Assembly (NCBI GenBank): GCA_963668625.2
Contig: CAXXKA010000008.1
Span: 288,001-352,000 of the forward strand
Reading direction: 5' to 3'
DNA length: 64,000 nt
Origin: an uncultured candidate division Zixibacteria bacterium
GTDB taxonomy: Bacteria > Zixibacteria > MSB-5A5 > UBA10806 > 4484-95
The notes under the pieces: model-generated
Told to the model about the DNA's origin: nothing
The model's database searches: none
The model's input: only the letters and a program-made list of their open reading frames with translations
Translations under genes and position numbers: made by a program
Part shown: piece after piece, positions 1 to 9,688 of the stretch
Numbering within the stretch: the first letter of the stretch is position 1
Layout of the letters: every line of letters begins with the position of its first letter

Positions 1-855
1 GATTATGGCTATTCATATTTCGCAACAGCCGTTGATTTCGATTTAGATGAAGATATCGATATAGTAGCCGCCGGGGCGTACGAGGATATTACCTGGTTCG
101 AAAACGATGGTGACGAAAATTTTACAGCCCACGATATATCCGACCTCGATACCTGTTTCTCGGCCTCGCTGGCAATCGCTGATTTGAATAATGATGGTGA
201 TCTGGATATAATTGCTCCTGATCTCTGGCAAGATAAGGTATTCGCTTTCATCAATCTCGGCGGTATGACATTCTCGATGTATACTATCGACCACTCTTAT
301 AACGGCGTCTATGATGTCGCCGTGGCGGATATCAATAACGATGGTTTTCTGGACATTACGGGAGCAGCCTGGGATGATGCAATGGTGTCATGGTGGGAAA
401 ATATCAGCGATAGCGGATATGTCCGTCACGACCTGACCGATGAATACCCACGCGCCAGACGAGCCAGACCGGCGGATATCAATGGCGACGGCGCTCTTGA
501 TATCGTAGCAACCTGCCAGCAGGGAGATAAACTCGCCTGGTGGGAAAACGACCTGTATACCTCCATCCCTGCTGATGATAATAAATTGCCCGAGAACGTA
601 TCTCTTCTAAGCGCCTACCCGAATCCATTTAACGCCACCACTACCATCTCATTCGATTTGAATAATCCTCAACAGACACGATTGGATATTTACGATATTC
701 AGGGCAGAAAAATAACCACCCTTCTAAATGAGTACAAACAGGCCGGGCATTATAATGTACATTTCGATGCTTCCGAATATGCCAGCGGTGTTTATCTATA
801 TCGCTTACAGGCAGGTGATTATTCCGAATCGAAAAGAGTGGTGCTGCTGAAATAG
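1..855 (+). CDS. FG-GAP/VCBS-repeat secreted protein with C-terminal T9SS-type sorting domain (5' partial)
   Basis: Frame 1 is open from base 1 (DYGYSYFATAVDFDLDEDIDIV...). Repeated D-x-N-x-D-G-x-x-D-I and WWEN motifs; C-terminus AYPNPFN...YASGVYLYRL...VLLK. Confidence 0.85.
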   Translation, partial: DYGYSYFATAVDFDLDEDIDIVAAGAYEDITWFENDGDENFTAHDISDLDTCFSASLAIADLNNDGDLDIIAPDLWQDKVFAFINLGGMTFSMYTIDHSYNGVYDVAVADINNDGFLDITGAAWDDAMVSWWENISDSGYVRHDLTDEYPRARRARPADINGDGALDIVATCQQGDKLAWWENDLYTSIPADDNKLPENVSLLSAYPNPFNATTTISFDLNNPQQTRLDIYDIQGRKITTLLNEYKQAGHYNVHFDASEYASGVYLYRLQAGDYSESKRVVLLK

Positions 856-882
856 ATATAAGATTTATCAAAAAAGTTAACG

Positions 883-910
883 GTAGGGGTTCATTATTTT
901 GAACCCCTTT
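883..910 (+). repeat. GTAG-type REP-like palindrome / terminator hairpin
   Basis: gtaggggttca-ttattt-tgaacccct, a 9-bp perfect stem just after the stop codon; similar copy at 43567. Confidence 0.6.
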
Positions 911-1261
911 CTATTTATATCATCCCGATCAAACAGGTGTTCGACATACGAAAAGACATGTCATGCCGTGCCTTTATGTTTGGTATTTGATTTCCCTCTT
1001 GAATGAAATTACAATCTATCATACCAGCCGGGCGGCCTGAACCCCATATTCCCGAACAATCCTTTATATTTTGCATATCATACAATAATGTTTATATTGA
1101 TATTCAAAATATGCCGAACCGGCTGAATGTATCGGCATTAATTTAACAGAGAGGTCAATAGCAAAGCCCGAATCAATATTTAGAAATAGAGCGTTTTGCC
1201 GAATATGTTAATGTCTCGAGCAGGTTGAGCAGTCGGCATTATTTAAATGAGGTAACACGAG

Positions 1262-2212
1262 ATGTCAAAAAATTTCGCCTTAATAGGATGCGGCGGTTAT
1301 GTCGCCCCTCGCCACATGAAAGCTATAAAAGATACTGGAAATACCCTGGTTGCCGCCATCGATCCGTTCGATTCTGTAGGCATACTCGACAGATATTTTA
1401 CCGATGTGCGTTTTTTCACCGAATTCGAACGCTTCGACCGTCATATTGATAAATTGCGACGTAAAAACGAGGGCTCCCAGGTTCACTACGTATCTATCTG
1501 CTCGCCTAATTTCCTTCATGACGCACACGCACGTTTCGCCCTTCGTATAGGCTCGAGCGCAATCTGTGAAAAGCCAATGGTGCTCAATCCCTGGAATATC
1601 GATGCTCTTCAGGAGCTCGAGGCCGAAAGTGAAGGAAAAATCAAAACGGTCTTACAGCTTCGGGTTCATCCCTCTATTATCAAACTAAAAGCCGAGTTGG
1701 AAAAAGCGAAATCCACTAAGAAAAAAGAGGTAGTTCTAACTTATATCACCTCACGCGGCCCCTGGTACCTGCAGTCATGGAAAGGTCAAATTGAAAAATC
1801 AGGCGGATTGGCAACCAATATCGGTATTCATTTCTTCGATATGTTGCTCTGGCTATTCGGTAAGGTGGAGCATAAAGAGGTGCATCACGATTCCCCTTTG
1901 AAAACCGGCGGCTATCTCGATTTAGAGGGAGCTAACGTAAAATGGTATCTATCTATCGATAGAAATGACCTGCCCAAAGAGGCAACCGATAAAGGCCAAC
2001 CGACATTCAGGTCTATCACCATTGATGGCGAAGAGTTGGAGTTCTCGGGCGGATTTACCGATTTGCACACCGTTGTCTACAAAGATATTCTCAACGGTAA
2101 AGGTTATGGTCTGGATGCGGTTAAGCCCTCGATAACTTTAGCCCACGATATCAGGAATGCCAAGGCTACCGGGATAAGCCCGAACTCCCATAGTTTTTTA
2201 CAGAAGCTATAG
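1262..2212 (+). CDS. wbpB: Gfo/Idh/MocA oxidoreductase, WbpB/WlbA-type UDP-GlcNAcA 3-dehydrogenase
   Basis: FALIGCGGYVAPRH, SICSPNFLHDAH, CEKP, TNIGIHFFD and EFSGGFTDLH motifs typical of WbpB/WlbA; RBS gaggt. Confidence 0.85.
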   Translation: MSKNFALIGCGGYVAPRHMKAIKDTGNTLVAAIDPFDSVGILDRYFTDVRFFTEFERFDRHIDKLRRKNEGSQVHYVSICSPNFLHDAHARFALRIGSSAICEKPMVLNPWNIDALQELEAESEGKIKTVLQLRVHPSIIKLKAELEKAKSTKKKEVVLTYITSRGPWYLQSWKGQIEKSGGLATNIGIHFFDMLLWLFGKVEHKEVHHDSPLKTGGYLDLEGANVKWYLSIDRNDLPKEATDKGQPTFRSITIDGEELEFSGGFTDLHTVVYKDILNGKGYGLDAVKPSITLAHDIRNAKATGISPNSHSFLQKL

Positions 2213-2396
2213 GCTAAGTTATTTCCAATAAATTATTTATCCGGTTTAACAGGCATTAACCCGGCCTGTTCAGGTAAACCATTAATATCATGATAATGTT
2301 GACAAAATATAGAATTATTATATATTACTATAACGATAACCCAAAGTATCGGGCAGGGAGTAATAATATAGTTAATTGGTAATCATCGGAGGTTTT

Positions 2397-3674
2397 ATGT
2401 TGCCTGCAGGTAACCGTTTTTTAGGATTTATCATTATCATAATACTAATTACCAGCGCTACGCTATACGGCAGGTTGCGATATATACCGGATGATTATAC
2501 GAATATTCAAACCGCAATCAATGATTCCGGCGGCGGCGATACTCTTATTGTGCGTCCCGGCACTTATTACGAAAATATCAATTTCAACGGGCAAAACCTG
2601 GTATTGGCCTCGGAGATGCTTCTAACCGGTGACTACAACTATATCGAAACCACTATCCTCGATGGCGACTCCTCGGATGCTGTTTTAACATTTGCCAACG
2701 GCGAGGGGCCATCATCTCTGGTATACGGCTTTACCATTCAACACGGCAAATCACATGATGGCGCCGGTGTTTTCTGTGATGGCGCCAGCCCGATTATCGC
2801 TTACAACATAATTCGCAATAATTATGCCTACCGTCCCACTGGCGGCGGTAATGGTGGCGGAGTATATTGCTCGTACTCCAACGCTATTATCATGAACAAT
2901 CTGATAGCGCACAATCAATGCTCGGGAGTCTATGGCGGATTCGGCGCCGGTATAGCCAGCAGAAACGCCGTTCCGATCATAATTAACAATACGATAACCC
3001 GTAATTTATCGAATCAACTCGGTGGCGGTTTATTCTCGACATATTCCAACCCGGTAGTTACCAACTGTATTTTCTGGAACAATGAGGCGGTAGATGAGGG
3101 CAACGAACTGTATATACACGAAAGCGATTTCTCTATCACCTACAGCGATATTTTCGCCGGCTATGCCGGACAGGGCAATATTAATTCCAACCCTGAATTC
3201 CGCGATCCGGCTAACGATGACTTCCGCCTGATGTCTACCGAATATGGTTATTCTTACGATTCACCATGCATCGATACGGGCAATCCATTGTTCAAGGATC
3301 ACATTCTTAGCGAACTATGGGGGCTGGGCACGGTAACCAGCGATATGGGCGCGTTTGGTGGTGGTGATTCCACCGGCACCGATATTTTCGGGGAAATACG
3401 GAGTATCCCCGATAAAATCGCTTTAAATCAGAATTATCCGAATCCTTTTAATCCGGTTACGAAAATAGATTTTAATTTGAACGAACCTCAACATGTAATA
3501 CTTAAAGTCTTCAATCTATTGGGCCAGGAAATAGAGTCGCTCATTGATAATACTCTTGAGGCCGGTTCGCACTCTGTTACATTTGACGCCTCAAAGCTTT
3601 CCAGCGGTGTATACTATTACACCCTGAAAACGAATGACAGAGTCGAATCGAGAAGTATGGTGTTGATGAAATAG
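2397..3674 (+). CDS. Secreted right-handed beta-helix (pectin-lyase-like) protein with T9SS-type sorting domain
   Basis: Signal peptide; IQTAIN...PGTYYENINF; GGG/N-rich beta-helix repeats; NYPNPFNP CTD. Start placed at the ATG after ggagg. Confidence 0.85.
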   Translation: MLPAGNRFLGFIIIIILITSATLYGRLRYIPDDYTNIQTAINDSGGGDTLIVRPGTYYENINFNGQNLVLASEMLLTGDYNYIETTILDGDSSDAVLTFANGEGPSSLVYGFTIQHGKSHDGAGVFCDGASPIIAYNIIRNNYAYRPTGGGNGGGVYCSYSNAIIMNNLIAHNQCSGVYGGFGAGIASRNAVPIIINNTITRNLSNQLGGGLFSTYSNPVVTNCIFWNNEAVDEGNELYIHESDFSITYSDIFAGYAGQGNINSNPEFRDPANDDFRLMSTEYGYSYDSPCIDTGNPLFKDHILSELWGLGTVTSDMGAFGGGDSTGTDIFGEIRSIPDKIALNQNYPNPFNPVTKIDFNLNEPQHVILKVFNLLGQEIESLIDNTLEAGSHSVTFDASKLSSGVYYYTLKTNDRVESRSMVLMK

Positions 3675-3763
3675 AATCATCTACCCGGCTATACGACATC
3701 AATTATAGTTTGCTATATTTATTGTCGATAATATATATAGTATAATTGCAAGGGGAGAAAATC

Positions 3764-4849
3764 ATGGGAAGACTTAGATTAAAATTGAGTGTTGTTTTAT
3801 GCCTGATAATTATCGGGCTTTTTAGCAGTTCACTTTCCGCTCAACCGCTGATTGCAGATCATACCCTGACCGGCTACTGGTCCGAAATACCGACCTCGGT
3901 TATTGATCGAATATCTAATGATTTCGAGATCTATTACTGGCATACCTCTCATGGCGGCCAGATTATTTCGGGCTTGACCGAGGTAAGCGATCTGGATGAC
4001 AGATTTCCGGATTTAAACTATTACCCGTACGAAATCATCAGTGAGATCGGCGATGACCTCGGCTACGATGGCGATACCACCTGGGCGGGACCTACCCGAA
4101 CATTCTTGAACAGCCATCCCAATTGTAATATGGTGATGTATAGCTGGTGCGGCGGCGTATCGTATAACAGCGAATCGGGTATTAACGTCTATCTCAATAA
4201 AATGACCGAACTGGAGAGCCAGTATCCAGGCGTAACATTCGTTTACATGACCGGCCATCTCGATGGTGGCGGGCCATCCGGCAACCTGTACGTTCGCAAC
4301 AACCAAATCCGCCAATACTGTAACGCCAATAACAAAGTGCTTTTCGATTTCGCGGATATCGAGTCATACGATCCCGATGGCAATTACTACCCCAATGCCA
4401 GTGACGCTTGCGAATGGTGTTCGAGCTGGTGTACCGATAACGGTCACGATTGCCTGGATGATTGCTACTGCGCTCATTCGCATTGTTTCAATTGCCGGCG
4501 TAAAGCCCAAACCTGGTGGGTGATGACCGCCCTTATCGCGGGATGGACAATAACGGATATCGAAACCGAAACCACCAACCTTCCGGGGAAAACTCATATA
4601 TCACAGAATTACCCTAATCCATTCAACGAATCGACCATTATAAAGTACGAGTTGATGAGCCAATCGGATATACTGATAGAAATTTTCACGGTGGATGGCC
4701 GTCTGGTTAAAACACTTGTCGATGGCAACAAACCGGCCGGAAGTTACCAGGTGATGTGGAATGCGTCCGAAAATTCGGCAGGAGTATACCTGGCAAAAAT
4801 AACGACCTCGGATTACGCTGAAAAAATAAAAATGATATTACTAAAATAG
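3764..4849 (+). CDS. Secreted protein of unknown function (HTSHG motif, Cys-rich segment) with T9SS-type sorting domain
   Basis: Signal peptide; HTSHGGQI, SWCG, TGHLDG, DFADIESYDPDG, CAHSHCFNC; NYPNPFN CTD. Confidence 0.8.
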   Translation: MGRLRLKLSVVLCLIIIGLFSSSLSAQPLIADHTLTGYWSEIPTSVIDRISNDFEIYYWHTSHGGQIISGLTEVSDLDDRFPDLNYYPYEIISEIGDDLGYDGDTTWAGPTRTFLNSHPNCNMVMYSWCGGVSYNSESGINVYLNKMTELESQYPGVTFVYMTGHLDGGGPSGNLYVRNNQIRQYCNANNKVLFDFADIESYDPDGNYYPNASDACEWCSSWCTDNGHDCLDDCYCAHSHCFNCRRKAQTWWVMTALIAGWTITDIETETTNLPGKTHISQNYPNPFNESTIIKYELMSQSDILIEIFTVDGRLVKTLVDGNKPAGSYQVMWNASENSAGVYLAKITTSDYAEKIKMILLK

Positions 4850-5065
4850 TAAACTACCACCGATTAAAGGACCGGCGGCTTTTATCCTGACTACTTAAAT
4901 CGGCTGGTACTGGCTGCAAAACTCCGATTTTGCGGCCCACCGTATTTGAAAAACTTCGGTTTGAATTTCTTCCATATTCCAGAACAAAATCTAAATACGG
5001 TTTGGCATGGCTTACTCTAAAGGTTATAGCAGCAAGATAAAAGGCTGTACTGGATTACCGCCTCC

Positions 5066-5202
5066 TTGATTGTTGAAAAATCCCGTATCATAGTCGCTGG
5101 TGTGACGAGGTCTTTTGTTTATCCTTTTCCGGCAACATACTGCATGAAAACCGGTGTCAGGAAATGATTCCTGCCACCTGAGCGAGGTTTTTCGACAACC
5201 TC
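5066..5202. mobile_element. 137-bp MITE-like element with imperfect terminal inverted repeats and a 4-bp target duplication (CTCC)
   Basis: Ends ttgattgttgaaaaatcc ... ggtttttcgacaacctc; CTCC at 5062-5065 and 5203-5206; internal similarity to 11353-11489. Confidence 0.65.
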
Positions 5203-5328
5203 CTCCGCGTCAATGACAGATATACTATAGTACTGCTATTGGGAGAATCAGCCGTTGCTACTGATAACCTGCCTGCTTTTTGAGAATGCTTCGCTTTAAA
5301 CGCGCACGCCGGTGTAACCGAGCGATCG

Positions 5329-6042
5329 TTAGTTTTTAACCTCGACACCACCCATAATCGCGATACCTTTAACAATAAGTTTCTTAGTCGCCATGCCCGA
5401 GTCTTCGCCGGATTTCTGTTCCCGTGATTGAATGGTCTTATCGCTCATACCGCCCATTATCGGCAAACCGTTAAATACCACACTCCAGTGCTTGGGGACT
5501 ACAATATCAACGCCACCCATAAAAGCGAATACATCGATGATCAGGGTATCGCCCTGCATTTCGGCGTTCGTTAGGTTGATCGTGCCGCCACCCATGATTG
5601 TCGTAGCGCTGCCGCCGATTAACTCTCTGGATCTGTAATTATACTCGCCACCCCCTATAACGGCGCTGAAATTGATAATGTTACTTTCGATACCGCCCGT
5701 TTTTCGTCCCGGACAAAACGCCTGCCTTATGATAGCAGCGCCGACGAGGATCAAGAGAATCGGCCACAACTGTCTAAAACCTATATCGAGAATGTCGAGT
5801 GCAGCCAGTTGAAATATTACGCCGATAGCCAGAATTATCAATCCGCCATAGGTATTTCGATACTCGGCAGGCTGCATCAACTTGCCCAGGCCGATAATAA
5901 TGAATATCAGTGGCCAAAAATCCCAGAAATCTATGCCCGTATCGAAACCAAAGCTATTTAGCAAACCGATAAGGCCTACCAGGATGATAAACAATCCAAG
6001 GATAGTTTTATAATTGAATATACTTTTAGTGCCAGCGCTCAT
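5329..6042 (-). CDS. LiaF-like / DUF5668 membrane protein (cell-envelope stress response)
   Basis: Four TM helices with WPL motifs, then a beta domain (AVIGG, TIMGG, AFMGGVDIVVP, AIMGGVEVKN). Confidence 0.8.
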   Translation of the reverse strand: MSAGTKSIFNYKTILGLFIILVGLIGLLNSFGFDTGIDFWDFWPLIFIIIGLGKLMQPAEYRNTYGGLIILAIGVIFQLAALDILDIGFRQLWPILLILVGAAIIRQAFCPGRKTGGIESNIINFSAVIGGGEYNYRSRELIGGSATTIMGGGTINLTNAEMQGDTLIIDVFAFMGGVDIVVPKHWSVVFNGLPIMGGMSDKTIQSREQKSGEDSGMATKKLIVKGIAIMGGVEVKN

Positions 6043-6129
6043 CTGCTCCTCCTATATTGAATACAATATTCTCGCAGTTAGAATCGGTAATCAAACCCAA
6101 CTATATACATTATACGGCTAAATATCAAA

Positions 6130-6558
6130 TCAGATTCGTATTTCTTCGATCCTGATGATTTTTTCCTCTATATACGAGTAAAACTGATCCAGCTCCAGTA
6201 AGTCAAGCGCCATCCAATTAGCGAATTTGCTTTTAGAAAAACCGGTGACAAACATCACGCAGTCACATTCGTTAATTCGCTCGGGATCGATGACGGGTAA
6301 ATTGTTCTTTTGGGAGGAAATCCTTTCATAAATCAATCGTCGAATTTCCGGTTTGAGATTGCTTAAATCAGCGGCGTTCACATCACTTTCGACTCGTATA
6401 TCCTCGGAGCAGGTACATGTTATTCTGGCAGCTATCAAAACCTTCTCAACTCCGTTATTATTGCTTTTGTCTTTCAGGGACACTGGAGCAATCATGAACA
6501 TGGGATGCTGGATCAAGCTTTGACATTGCTTGCAGTAACGTTTATTAGTATCAGTCAC
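6130..6558 (-). CDS. Hypothetical protein (weak CheW-like resemblance)
   Basis: 142-aa ORF with GTG start after an aggat RBS; LPVID motif and alternating beta strands. Confidence 0.5.
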   Translation of the reverse strand: MTDTNKRYCKQCQSLIQHPMFMIAPVSLKDKSNNNGVEKVLIAARITCTCSEDIRVESDVNAADLSNLKPEIRRLIYERISSQKNNLPVIDPERINECDCVMFVTGFSKSKFANWMALDLLELDQFYSYIEEKIIRIEEIRI

Positions 6559-6670
6559 ATATTATCCTGTTTTAGAAGTCAGACTACTGGCAATTTCTTT
6601 AACATATGAGATATCGGCATCGGTTCCTTAATTAGTAATGAAACGCTATATTTTTATTTCCCAAAATGCG

Positions 6671-6702
6671 AAAAGCCCGTCAGGGGGGCTAGACGGGCTC
6701 TT
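6671..6702 (-). terminator. Rho-independent terminator downstream of hemerythrin
   Basis: agcccgtc/gacgggct stem followed by a T-tract on the minus strand. Confidence 0.6.
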
Positions 6703-6815
6703 GTCACAAAGCAGTACTTTTATCGCCTGATATTATTTAGAATATCAATATGAATAATTTATGATAGTATCATGAAAATCATGTTAAAATCATAGACGGG
6801 ATAAATGGAAAACAA

Positions 6816-7265
6816 CTATTTATTTCCCATATTAGCTTTATTTTCCGAGGTTGACCTTTCACCCTGCTTACTTTTAATGAACAGGGCAAGGTCTTTATCC
6901 ATGGTGATTATATGTTTCACTACCCATTCCATCATAGAATTCAGGGTATCCACGGTAACTGGAAAACCTGCCCCCTTCTTTTGAAGCGTATCTATCAGAT
7001 CATCTATCTCATTAATAAAACGATCATGTTCACGTTTCTGAGCTTGATAATTGGGATAGCCAACCTCCAACTGGAGACTCTCTTCATCCGCGAAATGGAA
7101 TTTTACGTATTGTTGCAAGAACAACAGGGTATTAAGTACGTTTTCATTAGCTTTACCATGTTTCGCAGCTCTCCAGAAATTATCTAGTTTGCTAAACCAC
7201 TCACGATGCTGATCGTCTATTCTATCGTTACCGGTCAATAAATCCTGAGTAAAATTAATCTCCAT
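6816..7265 (-). CDS. Bacteriohemerythrin
   Basis: TGNDRIDDQH, HFADEE, YP..(Q)KREH and W..HI...D motifs. Confidence 0.9.
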   Translation of the reverse strand: MEINFTQDLLTGNDRIDDQHREWFSKLDNFWRAAKHGKANENVLNTLLFLQQYVKFHFADEESLQLEVGYPNYQAQKREHDRFINEIDDLIDTLQKKGAGFPVTVDTLNSMMEWVVKHIITMDKDLALFIKSKQGERSTSENKANMGNK

Positions 7266-7497
7266 AAATTACCTCTAAATCCTTTAAATTACGCCCAGTA
7301 AAAACTTTATTATGTTAATCGGTTACTAAATTGTCATAGTTAATACATTCGAATCGAATACTTATAAACGAAACAATCCAAGTCGTTGTACTAACTGTTA
7401 ATACTATATCGTAAAATGCTAACAGTATTAAGTTTTGACAATCATACGTAGTTCTGATTATAGTAATGGTGTTGGCGTTGCAAGCAAAGGAGGAGAC

Positions 7498-7974
7498 ATG
7501 CCTGCTAAAGTCAAACTTGATTGGAGCAAGTTCATCTTGAAGATCGAAATAAAGGCATCACCCTCACGGGTATTTAAAGCCTGGACGGATGCGGATGAGA
7601 TAAACAAGTGGTTTACCGTTAAAACCGAATTCGAGCCGGTTAAAGGCGGCAAAATTTATTTCGAATGGTTGGCGGGAGATAAATTCGAAACCGAATTGCT
7701 GGCAATAAAGAAAAACGAGCGGATATTGTTCCCGTTCGGAAAAAAGGGTGAAAAAGTAGAGGTAAGGTTAAAAAAGGATGGCCGTAACACCATACTTACA
7801 CTCAAACAATACGATATGAAAACCACCCCCGAGGCCAAATGGGCCATGCATAAAGGCTGCGAGGTGGGCTGGACTTTCTTCTTAGCCAACCTGAAAGCTT
7901 ATCTTGAACACGGTGTTGACCTCCGTGGAAAAAACAAAAAAAGAAGCTACAAACAGGGCTACTTGACGAGTTGA
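7498..7974 (+). CDS. SRPBCC/AHSA1 (START-like) domain protein
   Basis: IKASPSRVFKAWTD...KWF, GW..FL.NLKAYLE; ATG after ggagga. Confidence 0.85.
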   Translation: MPAKVKLDWSKFILKIEIKASPSRVFKAWTDADEINKWFTVKTEFEPVKGGKIYFEWLAGDKFETELLAIKKNERILFPFGKKGEKVEVRLKKDGRNTILTLKQYDMKTTPEAKWAMHKGCEVGWTFFLANLKAYLEHGVDLRGKNKKRSYKQGYLTS

Positions 7975-7980
7975 TACGAT

Positions 7981-8616
7981 ATGCCTACAGTAACCTCACT
8001 GGAAAAAATAAGACGCCTGAAAGGCTGGTTCGAGCTCACCCTGGATAAGCTATCCTCGTTTCCGGTTAATGATGAGTTAATTGTCAAATACAGGATCAAG
8101 ACCGGTGCGCGGTTTTTACCACATGAGATAAAAGAAATACGCGAGAAAGGCGAATACCTGTATACTAAAAGAAAAGCTTTCGATATTTTATCCCGAAGGC
8201 GGTATTCCGAAAGAGATATTCGCGAAAAACTCAGAAAAACGCTCGATAAAAGTAATTTTATCGATAAAGTAATTTCAGAGTTAAAAGACCTGAAATTCAT
8301 CGACGATCTCGAATATGCCAAAGCCCTGATTCACTCGCTGGGCGTCACCGGAAAAAGAAGTGTTCGCTATATACGCGATAAACTCTACCATAAAGGCATT
8401 CGGGATGAAATAATAGAAAAGGCTATCGAAAGCGAGCTCGAAAACTACGATGAAACGGAAATAGCTTATACTCTCGCGCGGAAAAAACACGCCACATTAA
8501 CGAAACTTCCCATGTTAAAAGCGAAAAAAAGAGTAGCCGACTTTCTCAAGGGACGGGGATTCAGCTGGGAGGATATAAGATACGCCCTTGACAGGGTATT
8601 CACGGAGGATGAGTAA
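7981..8616 (+). CDS. recX: Regulatory protein RecX
   Basis: LSRRRYSE..IR.KL, IDDLEYA, I..KL..KGI and FL..RGFS three-helix repeats. Confidence 0.85.
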   Translation: MPTVTSLEKIRRLKGWFELTLDKLSSFPVNDELIVKYRIKTGARFLPHEIKEIREKGEYLYTKRKAFDILSRRRYSERDIREKLRKTLDKSNFIDKVISELKDLKFIDDLEYAKALIHSLGVTGKRSVRYIRDKLYHKGIRDEIIEKAIESELENYDETEIAYTLARKKHATLTKLPMLKAKKRVADFLKGRGFSWEDIRYALDRVFTEDE

Positions 8617-8617
8617 T

Positions 8618-9427
8618 ATGGCGTTCTATGATGCTGACGATGCCGCGATCTACTATGAACAAACCGGCGATGGTAAACCCGTATTATTGATGCATGGTTA
8701 TGCGTTGAACAGCCTGATGTGGAAATATCAGCAACAGGCGATCAGCGAAAATTTCAGGATGATAACAGTCGACCTCCGTGGTTTCGGCCAATCCTCCTGT
8801 GGTGGCAAATGGTCCGGCAATATCATGGCGGATGATATATCGGGGCTGATAAACGAACTGGATATCGAAGAAGCGACGATCGTTGGCTTTTCGATGAGCG
8901 GCCCGGCGGCGTTTCGTCTGGCGTTGAAACATCCCGATAGAATTGCAAAACTGGTAATGGTCTCCTCCATACTACCCTCGGCCGGCAGACCACGAGAGAC
9001 GAAAGAGGCAAAATCACATAAAAAGGAGCTGGATATACTCACCCTGCGCGGCGTGGATGCCTGGGCGGATGCCATGGGGATTCGTAAAGGGCCGCTTGTA
9101 GGCAACATATTCAAACGCAATCCGGACTCCCGCGAAACCTGGGAGAAAATGTTATCCCGGCATAATCCGGATTTCCTGCGCTGTATGATGGAAGCTCGTC
9201 AAGCCTCGAATCCCTCGGAAAACTGGCGGGCGCGTCTGGCCGAGGTAACTCAGCCAACGTTAATAATAGCCGGCGCGCAGGATGAAAGGTTTATCGATGC
9301 CTCCAGTTATATGGAACGTCAGATACCAAACGCCAGATTGGAAATCATCAGCGGAGCCGGTCATATGGTAAATTTGGAAAAACCGGATGAATTCAATGCG
9401 GCATTGCTATCGTTTCTTAATGAATGA
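8618..9427 (+). CDS. Alpha/beta hydrolase (MhpC/PcaD-like)
   Basis: LLMHG, DLRGFGQS, GFSMSG nucleophile elbow, GAQD acid, GAGHMVNLEKP His. Confidence 0.9.
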   Translation: MAFYDADDAAIYYEQTGDGKPVLLMHGYALNSLMWKYQQQAISENFRMITVDLRGFGQSSCGGKWSGNIMADDISGLINELDIEEATIVGFSMSGPAAFRLALKHPDRIAKLVMVSSILPSAGRPRETKEAKSHKKELDILTLRGVDAWADAMGIRKGPLVGNIFKRNPDSRETWEKMLSRHNPDFLRCMMEARQASNPSENWRARLAEVTQPTLIIAGAQDERFIDASSYMERQIPNARLEIISGAGHMVNLEKPDEFNAALLSFLNE

Positions 9428-9631
9428 GGATACTTTTTACGCTTCCTAAAACGATACGCTTTTGCCAGAATGCGAAGCTTACCATGTTTAGTGCTGCCGG
9501 TAATCCAATTATTCGGACTATCTCGACAAAGAGATCACCACAGGAAAACGTTATCAGCGATCGCTCGCAATGGCTTTTCAACTATACTCTGAGTTTTATA
9601 AACCAGTACGTTCATCTCGAATAAATTCCAT

Positions 9632-9662
9632 AAAAAACGGGATGCCAACCGACACCCCGTTC
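9632..9662 (-). terminator. Rho-independent terminator
   Basis: Minus strand reads aacggggtgtcggttggcatcccgtttttt, just after the 9689 stop codon. Confidence 0.65.
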
Positions 9663-9688
9663 ATAAATCAGCTACTTCGGCCGGATAT

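Noticed and set aside
9424-9624. 66-aa ORF overlapping the hydrolase stop codon
   Set aside because: No motifs or other support for coding.
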